In this document: positions 1 through 13,810 of the stretch, piece after piece
How the letters are laid out: every line of letters starts with the position of its first letter
Numbering within the stretch: the stretch's first letter is position 1
NCBI GenBank assembly: GCA_965112735.1
Contig: OZ218957.1
Span: 3,472,001-3,536,000, forward strand
DNA: 64,000 bases
Source of the DNA: Phaeosaccion multiseriatum
Taxonomy: Eukaryota; Protista; Ochrophyta, other classes
Reading direction: 5' to 3'
The notes under the pieces: model-generated
Told to the model about the DNA's origin: nothing
Database searches by the model: none
The model's input: only the letters and a program-made list of their open reading frames with translations
Program-made: the position numbers and the translations under genes

Positions 1-3000
1 GGGCAGCAGCAGGCACGGCACTTGGTGATACAGTGCAAGTCAGCGGTGATCTGCAAGCAGGTGGGCGGGGCGGCGCGGACCATGGTGGAGTGGATCGAGG
101 CCGCAGTGGGGAGCCGCGTACTTGCTCTGTCGCTGGAGCTGGTGCAGGACTGTTTCGGAAAGGTTTGGGTTGTGCACACGACTAAGTGCGTCATGCAGCC
201 CAAGGGGGTCATGCCGGGCGACACCACTCTCTATAGCCGCAGGGGTCTCCTGCAAGGAGGAGGAGGAGAAGGCGTTGGTGATACAAGGGGGCAGGAGGGG
301 AGACCGGCCTCCCCGCAGCAGATGAGGTTTCTGCGGTCGGCAGGGGCGGTACGTTCAGCAACGCCCTATTCCTTTCTCTGTCCTACTCCTCCTCATTTTC
401 CTCTCTCCTGGTCTCTCTCGCTTTCTCTCTTCTCTCTCCCTCTCTCCCTCCCATTTCCTCTTTCTCTCTCCCTCCCTCCCTTCCCCTCTCCCTCCCTCTT
501 CCTCTATCTCCCTCTCTTTTTTATCCTTCCCCCTTCCCTCTCCCTCTCCCTCTCTCCCCCTATTTCTCTCCCTCTCCCTCTGTCTCTGTTTTTCAACCTT
601 CCCTTACCTATTTCTTCCCTCCCTCCTTCCCTCCCTCCCTCCCTCCCTCCCTCCCTCCCTCCCTCCCTCCCTCCCTCCCTCCCTCCCTCCCTCCCTCCCT
701 CCCTCCCTCCCTCCCTCCCTCCCTCCCTCCCTCCCTCCCTCCCTCCCTCTCTCTCTCTAACTCCCTGCAGGTGACCCTCCCCAGCGACCTCAACGTCGCT
801 CGCTTCGGTCACAGTCTGGGCGAGAGCTCCGGGGCACACAAGAACAGGCGCGGACCTGTCCGTGAGGCCTATGCCGACCCCATGGAGGTGTGTGCAGTGT
901 GTGTGTGTGTGTGTGTGTGCTTTGCGGGGAGAGGACCCCTTTATCCCCCTCTTTCTTGTTCTACTTCTCCTCCTCCTCTTTCTCTTCCGCCTCTTCCTCC
1001 TCCTCCCCCCCCTCCCCCCCACTCCCTCCTTCCTCCCTTCCTCCTTCCCCTCCTCCTCCTCCTCCTCCTCCTCCTCCTCCTCCTCCTCCTCCTCCTCCTC
1101 CTCCTCCTCCTCCTCCTCCTCCTCCTCCTCCTCCTCCTCCTCCTCCTCCTCCTCCTCCTCCTCCTCCTCCTCCTCCTCCTCCTCCTCCTCCTCCTCCTCC
1201 TCCTCCTCCTCTCCTCCTCCTCCTCCTTCTCCTCCTCCTCCTCCTCCTCCTCCTCCTCCTCCTCCTCCTCCTCTTGACCTATCCTTCCTTCCTTCTTACA
1301 ACTCCAGGGAAACACACCCTAGCCCACTCCCATCTCCAACGAATGGCGACTAACCCAAACATACCACCAACAGGTGCCCGAGTTCCGAGCCGTGCGTACT
1401 GCCACCGCTGGAAGGACATTGGGTAGTAGCCAATTGGGGGCGGGGAGGGGAGCCTGCCGGGGTGACTTTTGCCATCATGGGGTGACGGACAGCTTGCATC
1501 AGCAGAGCCTCTTCGACGCGATGGAGGGTGGCACCAGGGGGGGCAGTCTCCAAGCCAGTTGTGACGACACTACCCGACACGGCAGTTGTGACAGTTACAA
1601 CACCAAGGGCGGCGAGCAGCAGCAGGGGCAGCCAGGGAAGAGAAAGGGGGAGGAGAAGGACGAGGGGATGGGAAAGGTGGGACGGGGGGACCTCATGGAG
1701 CAGCAGAGGGCGCGGACGAGGACGCAGAGGGGAATGCTCGAGGAAGAGGGGCTGATGGCACTTGATGGCCATGGCCATGGGCAAGGGGAAGGCGGAGTAT
1801 CACCAACTGCTGCGGCGGAGGACCGGCAGCGCCTTTCGGAGCTTTCGCAGGCGCTGGGGAGGGAAGGGGCGGGGGGAGAGGTGGCGGCGGCGAGAGCCGC
1901 TGTGGTAGAGAGAGAGAGGGAGGCGAGGGGAAGGCTTGTTGAGGCCGGGGGGGGGTGGGGGGGCGGCGCGGGACAGTTTAGGAAGAAGGACCGCAAGAAG
2001 GCCAAGCGCGAGCCGTGGGACTGTGGATCAGAGGAGAGGATGGAGGAGGGGGGGAGGATGGCAGCCAATGGTGGAGGTGGAGTTGGGTTCCAGGTGCCCA
2101 ACTCTTGGGTGGTGCGGGGTAAGCAGGAGCGGCACCTCGTAGAGAGGCTGCTCAAGGCGTACCGCAGGGGAGAGAGGGTGGAGATGGGCATGGGGATGGC
2201 AGTGGATGGAGAAGGTAACGGTGGCCATGGTGGCGATGGCAGTGGACGGGGCATATTGTACGCGCAGAGTAGGGAGGAGCTGGCGGACATGAACATCAGC
2301 ATCCAGGCCAACTACGCGGGTACGTACTACAGCCGCGTCGCCGTCTGTGAAGCGTGCTACAAGGTGTACAGAGTGGTGGAGGCGGCGCGGACAGAAGCCG
2401 TACTGCGTATGGGGAGGGTAGCGAGGGAGGGGGAGAGAGAGAGCACTGCCCATGGACATGTCCAGCAGTTGGTGATACAGGAGCAGGAGGAGGAGGGGGA
2501 GGAGGGGCAGGGAGATGAGCAGGGGGGGGCACCGGAGCCGCTCTTCCTTTCCCGAAGCGGCCAGCCGCAGCAGCAGTTGGTGATACAGCAGCGGGCCTCG
2601 AGGAAAGGCGCCAATCTGCCAGCTGGAGTTGGCGACACACTACGGGCGGTAGGACCAACTGCTGTACCAATCCCCGGAGGGGGGGCTGGTAATGCTCATG
2701 CCCTCACCAAGAACGAGCTTTCCGAGCTGAGGTGTGTGCGTGCCCCGTCCCCTGCCGTACGCATGGTCCTTACTGCGCTGCGAATCGTCCTTTACAAGGC
2801 GTCAGCATTTGCTGATACAGCAGTTGGTGATACAGCAGCAGAAGAAGGTGGTGGCGGAGGACGAGGCGTAGAAGGAGGGGGAGGAGGAGGAGGAGGAGGA
2901 GGAGGAGGTTTGAGGGGCTTCAGGAGCGATTGGGAGGCAACGCTGCGCTTCCTGGCCCAATCGGACAACTTGCTTGCTGACTTACTAGCCCTGCAGCCCA

Positions 3001-6000
3001 AGAGACTCAGTAGGCAGCAGCTCTTGGCGCTCGAGGGGTATGTGGGACACCCGGCCTTCGTGCCAGAGACCATTCATCCCATCAGCAGGTAGGAAGGAAG
3101 GAACAAGGAAGGAAGGAAGGAAGGAAGGAAGGAAGGAAGGAAGGAAGGAAGGAGGCCATCGAGGGGGAGAGGGCAGGGAGGCAAGAGGCTTGATGGGGGC
3201 CTGATACTCACGTGGCCCTGGTCCTGGCCAGACACTCCACTCCTGCCTGACCCTCTCTGCCAACCCTCCTCCCCATCCACTGCCATCCACTGCCATCCAC
3301 TGCGATCCACTGACATCCGCTGTCACCCACCCTCCTCCGCCCTCCTTAGGCCGGCTGCGAAGCTGTGTGCGTGGATCATCGGCGTGGTGAATGAGTGTCG
3401 CCTCGTGCACGGCTTGCACTATGACCAACATGACCACGCACAGCAGTTGGTGATACAGCAGCAGCAGCAGCAGTTGGTGGGGCAGTCTCCTTCTCGACAG
3501 AGTCTTCTCAGACCCACGACTGCCTCTGCTGTATCACCAACTGCTGTATCGCCAACTGCCGTGTCACCAACCGCCACTGCCCTTGTGTGTGCCTCTGCCG
3601 GGCGAGGAATGGTGCGCAAAAGAGTCAGGCCCTGCACGTCGTCGGCGACCGTCTCGAGGGGCAGAGGTAGAGGAAGAGGAGAAGGAAGAGGGGGAGGGGT
3701 TGTGAGAGGCTGTGTCAGGAGTGCGGCGGCCCGTTCCGCCTTTCTCTCCCAGTTCAGTTCAGTGGAAGCGCCTTCTCTGCCCTCGACCTCCCCCCTCCGA
3801 GCACGAGCAACATCAAGAGGAGGGGGGGCTTCTACAAAGGCGGTGCTATCGGCGGCACGGGTCCGACAAGAGAAGATCATGCTGAGACTCACAGATCCGG
3901 CAGCGGAGGCCCCGGATGTAGTGGACGCGACGAGTAGGGACTTTGTGTGTCGCGACGGGACCACGCTCATGCCGTTTGCGGTGCTTGGTACCTTTAGAGA
4001 TCATGCCAAGGAGCAGCAGCAGCAGGGGGGAGGAGGGGGAGGAGAAGGGGGAGGAGAAGGGGGAGGAGGAGGAGGAGGGGGAGGAGGAGGCGGAGGAGGA
4101 GACGGAGGAGAAGAGGGAGGAGGAGGAGGAGGAGGAGGAGGAGGAGGAGGAGGAGGAGGAGGAGGAGGAGGAGGAGGAGAAGGTCGGCCCTGCTGCAACC
4201 TTGTTGTGGTGAACGACTTCTTCGACACGTACGAGAAGTCGTATCTGCTCCTCAAGCCGCTCACAGTTGGCATGTCGGGCCTTCAGGTGTTGTTCTTCAA
4301 CACCCCCGGACAGGCGGGGACTCGCTGCTGCCCACCTGCACAGCGCACGCACCCACACGCCCTGAACAACGAATGGGTCGCCGACAGAATGGTGGGTGAG
4401 GGCCGGGTAGGGCAGTTGGTGATACAGGGAAGCGAGTTGGTGATACAGGACAGGGCTGTGTGTGGCCGCCGCCCTCCACTTCCCTCCCCTTCTTCGCCCC
4501 CCCATGACCCTCTTGCACTGCTTGCTTTTTGCTCTTCTTCTTGTCCTTGCTCTTCTTCCTCTTCTTGCTCTCCCTCTTCCCTTCCTCCCCCCTCTCCCGT
4601 CCCCTCCCCTCCCCTCCCCTCCCTTCAGCACGAGCTCCTGCTGCATGTCAACGCAAGGGGCGATCTCTCCCTCCAAAACCGGCCCTTCTTCGTCCTCGGC
4701 TTCGGCAACGGTGCCTCCATTGCATGTGCCTGGGCCGTCCGTCACGCCTCGCACCCTGTCTATCGCCACACCCTCCGAGGCCTGCTGAGCGTCAATGGAT
4801 TCGCATCCGTCGATTCACAGTTGGCGGCTGTTCTGCACAGCGCTGCAAAGGTCTTTGAGGCCGCTCCCAGAGACAGGTACTCCAAGTCAATGCGTGGGTG
4901 CGCGCGTGTGTATTAGATGTGTGTGTGCGTGCGTGTATGTGTGTGTGCGTATGTGCATGTGTGCGTGGGTGTGTGGCGGGTGAGTAGTGAGTGCATGCGT
5001 ACTTGCTTGACAAAGAAAGATAGACCCGCATCTTAGCCTCACCCCCCTCCCCTGCCGTCCACTGCCATCCCCTCCTTCCTCCCAGACCCGACCTCCCGGT
5101 GACTTACTGGAGCAAGTTCATCTTCAGCGAGCGTTACATTCGGGCCGTGGATCAGAGGCTCGCACTCAACATATACTCCGCCGTCGCCAACTTCATCAGC
5201 CCCGTGAGTTGAAGCTTCAGTTCATTCGACCCTTTCTCATGTTCAGCACCTCGAAAGGGACAGCTTGATGAGCCACACACGGACTCATGCGCACACCCGT
5301 ACTCACACGCACGCACGCACACCCACACATGCACACCCACCCACACAAGCACACGCAAGCGGAAAGAGGGATGCAGTCAGGGCCTTCTCTTAAATAGCCC
5401 CTCCTGCTCCTCCTCCTCCTGCTCCTCCTCCTCCTGCTCCTCCTCCTCCTCCTGCTCCTCCTCCTCCTCCTCCTCCTCCTCCTCCTCCTCCTCCTGCTCC
5501 TCCTCCTCCTCCTCCTCCTCCTCCTCCTCCTCCTCCTCCTCCTCCTCCTCCTCCTCCTCCTCCTCCTCCTCCTCCTCCTCCTCCTCCTCCTCCTCCTCCT
5601 CCTCCTCCTCCTCCCCTCCTCCTCAGACGGGCATGGCCGGAATCGCCAAAGGAGCTCTCCTTCACTCCGACCTCACCCCCGCCCTTCCTGAGCTCCCCGT
5701 TCCTCTTCTGTTGCTCCACGGTACCGACAACTCCCTCGTCAACGCCGCTAACGTCGACGCCTTCCTCAAAGGCCGTAAAGCTGTGCATGTCTGGTCTCAT
5801 CAGCTCAAACCGGCGGCCTGCAGTGGTTGGTCATTCGGCGGCCACAACTGCCTTGGCGAAGCGGGGCTGGCGAGCTTGGCAGAGAGCCTCTGTAGGCAGG
5901 GGGGGAAGGGTGCATTTGTGGTGTGGGCTAAGGGGGGGCACGAACTGAGGCAAGAGGCCAAACACGTTGTGTTAGACATGTTGCAGGCCGCCCTAGAGAA

Positions 6001-9000
6001 GGGGGCGGAGGGGGGGTGGCGGGGGGCAGGGGGGAGTGGGAGTAGGAGGGGGAGGGGGAGGACCAAGTCACAGATGGCGTTTTTGCCAGCGAAGAACAAC
6101 ACGAGCAGTCATGAGCGTAGTCCGCGTCCGGAGAGTGGGGGGCTGGAGCCAGGGCTAGGGGATGCACACGACCATGCCGGCCACGACGACCCACACGACG
6201 ACGCAGGTCAAGACGACTACCCACATGGTGGTGATCCAGAGAATCAACTCGGGGGCGACCGTCACGGGGAGGGCGGCGTGAGGACACGTGTCAGAATGGG
6301 TGTCAGGACGGGCCCTTTCACAGATGGCAGGTCCGATGGATCGGACTCACAGTTGGTGCTGGAGATTGACGTGGAGGGTGGCGGAGGAGGAGGGGCGGAG
6401 GGGGAGATGGCAGTGGATGGGCAAGGGGGAGGTGGGGAGCCGTACTCTCCCCAGAAGGAGCAGCAGCGCCGCCAGCAAGCAAGAGGGGCTGAAGTGGACG
6501 CCGAGGCCACTGCTTCTTGTCCTTCTGGTGCTCCTCCTCCTCATCCAAGCAGTTGTCGACAAACGGAAGTGCCCACAGTGCCTGCTCCTACTGCCCTGCG
6601 CACTATCGATGGAAGCATCGCTGCGTCGGAGCCGACCTGGCCATCCACTGCCATCTCTCCCTCTTCGTCTCTCTCCCCTGCCCATCCACTGCCATCTCGC
6701 CGACAACACGACCGTCACAGAAACCAACGGCATCGACCCTCCACTGCCATCCGGCCCTTGCCTTCGTCTTCGCCATCTGTGAGAGGGTCGTCCAGTCCGT
6801 CTAATCCTGACGCCTCGAAGGCTTCGACAGCGGCCTCTGCAAAGGTCAGACGGAGACCACACACCACTGAGCAAGGGAGGGGACGAGGCAGCAGCAGGGG
6901 TGGAGGGACGAGTACTCAGGCTCGCGATCAGCGGGAGAGAGAGGAAGCAGCGATGGCAGTAATGGAGCGTGGGGGAGGAGGAGGAGGAGGAGAGGAAAGC
7001 GAAAGGGAAGGCCCCCCTCTGGGGTTGGAACAGGTGCCCTGGGCGGACATGACCATCGACAAAGCCGTCGCCAACTTCGATGAGGCCATCAGGGAGCATC
7101 GTGAGCAGCGCAGAGGAGGGCCAAGTGCAGGAGTTGGTGGTAAGGCCGTTGGTGGTGCGGCGGTTGGTGGTACAGTAGAGCCAGGGGTCCTGTTGGTGCC
7201 CTCCAGCAGCCCATTGGTGCTTCAGGAGGGGGGCGAGACTGGCCCGCCCCTCAATGGTGATGATGCAGTAGTTGGTGATACAGCAGGAGGGCAGGCAGAG
7301 GCCGGGGTGGAGGAAAGATCTCCATCGGGCGGGATAGGGGGGGCAGGAGCGGAGACAGAGGCGGAGGCTGAGGCTACGGCTGTATCACCAACTGCTGAGG
7401 CTGTATCACCAGCGGCTGAGCCTGGGGTTGTATCACCAGCGGCTGATGCTAGGAGTGAAGCTGGCGGTCACGTTGGACCCGAGGAGGAGCTGTTGGTGAT
7501 ACAGGAGAGGGAGCAGGAGCTGCCAAGTGGGGGCACTCTCGCCGGGGCAGAGGAGGAGCTCGAGCCGAGTGGTAAGGAGCAGCGCGACGCCAAGCATTGG
7601 CTACCCCGAGCTACAGCAGTTGGTGGTACAGCTGCAGCTGATGCAGCAGATGCAGCAGTTGGTGATACACTGAGCGCACAAGCCGCCGCTCTGCAGCTTG
7701 AACTGAAACTGGCAGACATGCGGGCCTTGACACAAGCAGCCGCATTGACTCAAGCGAACGAAGACAGGGAGAGGCTCAGAGCGAGGGTGGAGGAGGAGCA
7801 GGGGCAGCGGAGGGAGGAGTACGAAGAGAAGGACGCCGAGGTGGTACAGGAGATGGTGATACAGCAGCAGCAGCAGGCGCACTTGGTGGCGATTCAGCAG
7901 CAGGAGCAGTTGGTGATACGGAGCAAGGTGGAGGCGGAGTGGAGTCGCATGCAGGGACAAGTGGAGGTGGAGGAGGAGCACGACAGGTTGCTGCACGAGG
8001 GGATGGTAGTGGATGGGGGGGGGAAGGCATCAGCATTCAAGGAGAAAGAGGAGGAGCCAGGGGGAGGGGGAGGAGGAGGAGGAGGGGAAGGGGCAGCAGT
8101 GACTCGGAGCATGCGACCGCAACACATGCCCGCCCTGCCCGCCTTGCCAGCGGCGGTGGCAGCAAATGGTGCATTGCTTGAGGCAGGGGCAGTGCTTGAC
8201 CACTTGACCACACAGGCAGAAGAGGCTAAGCGTAACGGCTTTGGGGCAAATGTCGAGGCCTTTGACATTAGCGAGAAGAAGCAGCTGCACGGAAGATTGC
8301 TACATGCCAAGCAAGTCAAAGAGAGAGAGGCCCTGAGTGTGGGGGACAGACTGCTGCTCATGAACAAGATGGCAGGGATGATACAGAGGGCTTGGAGAGG
8401 CAGGCAGGGGAGGAGAAGGGCCCAGGAGAAGAGGGAGGAAAGGAGAAGGATTCTCGCCGACAGGTGGGAGGAGAGAGGGGGTGCGGGGTGGGGTGGAGGA
8501 CAGGGAGAGGGGGAGGAGGAAGAGAGAGGGAGCGCATCGGTTCGGTCTGGCTATGAACTACTCCATCAGCACACACTCTACTTTGCCCTCTGACTCACTT
8601 TTATCGCCATCAACACACTCTCTAATTTGCCGCTGCGTCTTCCACGCACTGCCTTCCACCCACTGCCATCAACTGACTGCCATCCACCCACTGTCTCTAT
8701 CTCCATGAAAACAGCACTTACGCGGTTCGTGTGCAGCGCGTTGCCCGTGGATACATGGCCAGGAGAAGGCTCAAGGAGGAGCGACAGAGGCTCACTGACG
8801 AGTGGATCAGAGGTAAGAAGATCGATAGGTATCGTGTGTCGGCAGGAGAGAGAGGAGGGAGAAGGGGAAGGGAGAGAGGAGGGAGAGGGAGAGATTCAGG
8901 TCCTCAGGGTCACGTGCTGTCCCAACAGGAACCCACTTGAGAGTACTGTGCATGTATCACCAACTGCTGTGCATGTATCACCAAGTGCTCTTCCCTTCCC

Positions 9001-12000
9001 TCCATCCACTGCCATCCCCCCCCCTCTGCTAGGCGGTACTGCCTTGAAGATCCAGCGCACCTTCCGCGGGTATATGGGCCGGCGGGTGGCGCAGCAGAGG
9101 AGGAGGGCGGTTACAGCCGTCGTGCTGCAGAGGGTCTACAGAGGGCATCTCGGCAGGTGAGCTTTAGTTTCAGTGCATCAGACCTGACGAAAGAGGAGCT
9201 TCAGTTTTGGTGACCTGAGGAGTACGGAGTTTCAGTGTCGGTGTCACTTTGCGGAGCCCCTCTCTCCTGCCACGCGCTGTCCCTTCCCTTTCTTCTGTTG
9301 TATCATGTTCGTATCACCAACTGCCTCTTACGTTTGTGATGATGTATCGCATCGCCAACTGCTCAGGGTTGCCGCCAACCGTAAGCGCGACAAGCTCGGA
9401 GAGTTCGTGCGTGTGTGCTCCTCCGCAATGCGCGTTCAAGCCGCCTTCAGGGGAATGCTCGCCAGGTTAGAGTGCTCGTTATACGGAGAGAGAGAGAGTT
9501 GGGTGCTTCGGAACCCTGACCCTGACCCTGACCCTGACCCCGACCCTGACCCTGACCCTGACCCTGACCCTGACCCTGACCCTGACCCTGGCTCTGACCC
9601 TGACCCTGGCTCTGACCCGGACCCTGCTTGCCCTCCCCCCTTTCTCCCCCCCTCACTCTCCCTCCCCCCCTCCCCCCCTCCCTCCCTCCCTCCCTCCCTC
9701 CCTCCCTCCCTCCCTCCCTCCCTCCCTCCCTCCCTCCCTCCCTCCCTCCCTCTATTTACCCCATACCTCAGAGTGGTGTTCAAGCGAGCAAAGGTGAGCA
9801 ACTTGGCAGCGACAGAGATCCAACGCGTCCTTCGAGGCTACCACGGCCGCAAGCACGCCAACCGAAAGAGAGAGTGGGAGAGCACCCCTCAGGGGCCCGA
9901 GCGCATCAAGTTGGGTATCCGGCTCATTGAGGATACCCGAGCCAAGTTCGATCAGCAGGGGGGCGAGATTGATGCCCTGCATCGGGCTCAGGAGAGGGTG
10001 GAGGCCAGAGTTAGCGCCATTCACTCGGAGTTGCAGGGATCGCATAAGGAGCTCGGGGTACTGGAGCTGGAGCTCGAGGTGAGTTTGACTTTGAGTTCGT
10101 CGGGAAGGTGTCGGACTCCGAGGCGTGACGTTGATATCAATCATCACCTCTCTTCCCTCTCTGCAGTGGGTGGATGGCAATGGATGGCAGTCGACGGCAG
10201 TGGTCGATCCTCCTTGTCTTATCTCCTCTCTCTGCCACCATCTCATTGCGTCTCCGGTGCTTGCTTTTCATTCTCTCTGTCCCCCTCTCTCTCTCTCTCT
10301 GTGTGTGCGTGTGTGTGTGCAGCGTGTGGACACGCTCGAGCAAGAACTTCGGCAACTCACGCACGAGAGAGACCTTCTGCAGAAAGGCATTCTGTCTGGT
10401 GCCATCGGAATCAGCGACACCGCCACCCTGGAAGCAAAAAATGGAAAGAGTGGGAGTAAGAAGAGCGGAGAAAGAGGCAATCCCTCCTCCTCGTCGTCAT
10501 CGTCCGAGCTGCAGCAGCGCAAGGCGGAGGCGTATGCCCTGGAGATGAACATTCAAGTCAAGAGGGCTGAGAGGGAGAGACTCAAGCGCAGCCTGGAGAG
10601 CGAGTTCTCTCTGTCCTTCGCCGAGGTGCAGGGCAAGAGGCAGCAGCTGCGGCAGCTGCAGGTGAGCGTGTGTGTGCCTGTACGTGTGTGTGTGTGCGTG
10701 TGTGTGCGTGTGTGTGCGTGTGTGTGCGTGTGTGTGTATGTGAGTGCGTGCGCGCGTGTGTGTACTTTAGAGGGGCACGGAGGAGTCCGTCCTCTATCCC
10801 CTTTAAACCCCCTCCTTCCTTCCCTACCCCTCCTTCCTTCCCTACCCCCCCTCCCTTCCCTTCCCTCCCTCCCTCCCTCCCTCCCTCCCTCCCTCCCTCC
10901 CTCCCTCCCTCCCTCCCTCCCCCCCTCTCCCCAGGTATCCATCTGTGAATTGGAGTCCACCCGTACCCGCAAGACGCGTGAGTTCTCCCGCCTGCAGCGC
11001 AACCTCATGACGCTCCTTGCCGAGCAGAAGGAGGAGCTTGACGCCATTCGAGCCAAGGGAGTGGCGCTGGAGACAGCAACAAGCACATCTGCAGCGGCTG
11101 CAGCCGCCACAGGTGAGGGAGGGAGGGATGGAGGGAGGGAGGGAGGGAGAGAGGGATGGATGGATGGATGGATGGATGGATGGAGGGAGGGAGGGAGGGA
11201 GGGAGGGAGAAAGGGACGAAGGGAGGAAGGGGAGGGAGGGAGGGGAGGGGAGGGAAGGGAGGGGAGAGAGTTTGACTTACGCTAGGCCTGGCATGTCTAT
11301 CGCTCCCCCTCTTTCTTTCCCTCGCTGCCTTCCCGTCCATCCATCCCCTCCCCTCCCCTCTGCCCTCTGCATACACAATGGACGAAACTAACGCTCTGCC
11401 CCATCCGTCTACTGCCATCCCCTGCCATCCCCTGCCATCCCCTGCCATCCCCTGCCATCCCCTCTTCAGCATCGAGGGCCCGCGAGCACGAGTCCCGAGC
11501 GGGGGCAATGTACGCGCAGACCGAGGAGCTCCTAAAGTTCCAGTTTATGAGCATGAGGTGAGCTGTCAGCTTCAGTTGCATGGCCAGTTTCAATTCCAGT
11601 CCCACATTCAGTTTTGTAGACTTGAGTCAGATTCAAATCAACACAATACCAATCAGCCCTCCCTCCCTCTCCCCTTCCTCCCTCCCCCCCTCCCCTCTCA
11701 CCCCTCCCCCTCCCTCTCCCCTTCCCCCTTCCCCTCCCCCCCTTCCCTCTCCCCCTCCCTCGGGCCCCTCCCTCTCTCCCTCCCTTCCCTCCCTCCAGCC
11801 TGGGCTACTTCTCCTCTCTCAACATGATGAAGCAAATGCGCGACATCAACTCCGACACGACAAGTGCGGCCATCACGGGCACGGCCGATGCAGCAGCAGC
11901 GGCGGCAGCGGCGGCAGCGGCGGCAAGCGTCCCTAAGCTACTGGATCCGAAGGGTTTGGGCAGTCAGGTCAATGGAGTGCTTGCTGCTAGCGCGGAGAGG

Positions 12001-13353
12001 CACCCTCAGGCTGTGGTGGAGAGAAAGAGGGAGAGGGTGGGGCAGCTCAGAGAACAGGAGGTACGTCACACCTACGTAACACATCCATTCACTCACCCAC
12101 CCACTGACGCACTGGCACTCCCTGACTACCGCCACCCACCCACCCACCCACCCACTGACTTACTGCCACCCATTGACGTTGACGTACTCCATCCCATCCA
12201 CTGACTTACTGCAGGCGCTGGCGAAGGAGTCCCTCTTACACCCCACTCCCTCTGACCTTCGTGTGTGGGACACGGACGATGTGTGCCGCTGGCTCGACTC
12301 GCTCTCACTCTCCGAGTACGCCCCGGCCTTTAGGGAGGGCAAGGTGGATGGAGCCTTCATGCTCGAGCTGCGGGCAGAGGACTTTAGAGACACGTTAGGG
12401 ATGCATCATGCTCTTCATCTCAAGAAGCTGATCGTTAACTTGGAGAAGCTCAAGCCGCTGAGCGAGGACGAGATGAAGAAGAAGGCGGCGGTGCTGAGGG
12501 AGGACGGCGCCGATGACCAGAGGGAGGGCATCCCGGACAAGGACACGGTCTTCTCGCAGGTGGGTGGGAGGGGGAAGAGCTGCGTGGATGGGCGGGTGGT
12601 TGGTTGGTTGGTTGGTTGGGAAGGAGGGAGGGAGGGGTGGGGCGCGGGTTGGTTGGCTGACGAAGAGAAAAGGCCTTTGACTTTCTCGCCGTTGAGGATA
12701 CCCACCGCTAACACGCACCGCCCCTCCCTTCCATCGCCATCCCTTCCATCGCCATCCCTTCCATTGCCATCCCTTCCATTGCCATCCCTTCCATTGCCAT
12801 CCCTTCCATTGCCATCCCTTCCATTGCCATCCTTCCATTGCCATCCCTTCCATTGCCATCCCTTCCATCGCCATCCTTCCATTGCCATCCTTCCATCGCC
12901 ATCCCTTCCATTGCCATCCCTTCCATTGCCATCCCTTCCATTGCCATCCCTTCCATCGCCATCCCTTCCATTGCCATCCCTTCCATCGCCACCCCTTCCA
13001 TCGCCACCCCTTCCATTGCCATCCCTCCCTCCCTCCGGCCCCTCCAGGTGCGAAATGGGCGAGTCAAGCGCGTGCAAGAGAGCCTCGCTGCGGGCTTTGT
13101 TGTCGACTCCACTGACGAGAAGGGCAACACGCTGCTCCTCGTTGCCGTGCAGCAAAGTAACTTGCCTCTGGTGGAGATACTGCTGAGGCATGGGGCAGAT
13201 ATCAAGCACGCCAATGCTGCAGGCAACACCGCCCTCCACTACGCCATGGCCTACGACCTCACGGGCAGGATAGGCGAGTACCTCATTGGGCAGGGGGCGG
13301 ATGACAGCATGCACAACAAGCAGGGGATGAGCCCTTATGATGGCTTGGGCTGA
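1..13353 (+). CDS. Large multi-exon protein (5'-partial): dynein stalk-head/MTBD-like segment, alpha/beta-hydrolase fold, IQ motifs, coiled coil, SAM domain, C-terminal ankyrin repeats
   Basis: GT-AG exons keep one frame: <1-348, 771-887, 1374-3088, 3350-4391, 4629-4876, 5086-5203, 5627-8463, 8715-8812, 9033-9156, 9367-9465, 9772-10078, 10323-10661, 10935-11112, 11470-11557, 11799-12060, 12215-12559, 13048-13353. Motifs: ELSELRCVRAPSPAVRMVL..FVPETIHPISRPAAKLCAWI (dynein stalk-like); LGFGNGA, PLLLLHGTDNSLV, GGHEL (hydrolase fold); IQRAWRG, VQRVARG, IQRTFRG, LQRVYRG, VQAAFRG, IQRVLRG (IQ); WDTDDVCRWLDSLSLSEYAPAFREGKVDG (SAM); GNTLLLVA, GNTALHYA (ANK). Confidence 0.85.
12721..13025. repeat. 15-bp intronic minisatellite (CCATCCCTTCCATTG / CCATCCCTTCCATCG)
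   Basis: About 20 tandem units inside intron 12560-13047; source of the MAMEG/GRDGN pseudo-ORFs. Confidence 0.95.
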
Positions 13354-13672
13354 GCCGTGCGGTCGTCGCGTTTTGTCCCTTTTCTAAATTTTTTTTTTTT
13401 TTTTATCTTACTATACTTACCCAATTAATTACTTCGTAGTATAAAGTTGCGCTAAAGTGTACTTACGTAGGGTCACGTAGGGGCAGAGTGGGAGCCGAGC
13501 AACTCCTGTCATCTTCTGCCCACCCTCTCTCACAAACCCCGGGGTGATTGGGGTGATTGGCGTGATGGGGGTGATGATATTGACCTTGTACTGCTTCACA
13601 TGCATGTGCAGCAAGAGCTTTTGCTACGAGCCTTCCTTTGTGCTACTGCGCTAATTTGCTAATTTGTTACTC

Positions 13673-13773
13673 TTAGTACTTGAGGCCCCTGAGGACTCTG
13701 GACCAGGGGGAGTTGATTTCGGTGGTGGTTTGGTTGATGCTCACCACCTTCTCCCCAACCACTGGCCCATACC

Positions 13774-13810
<37 letters not shown>

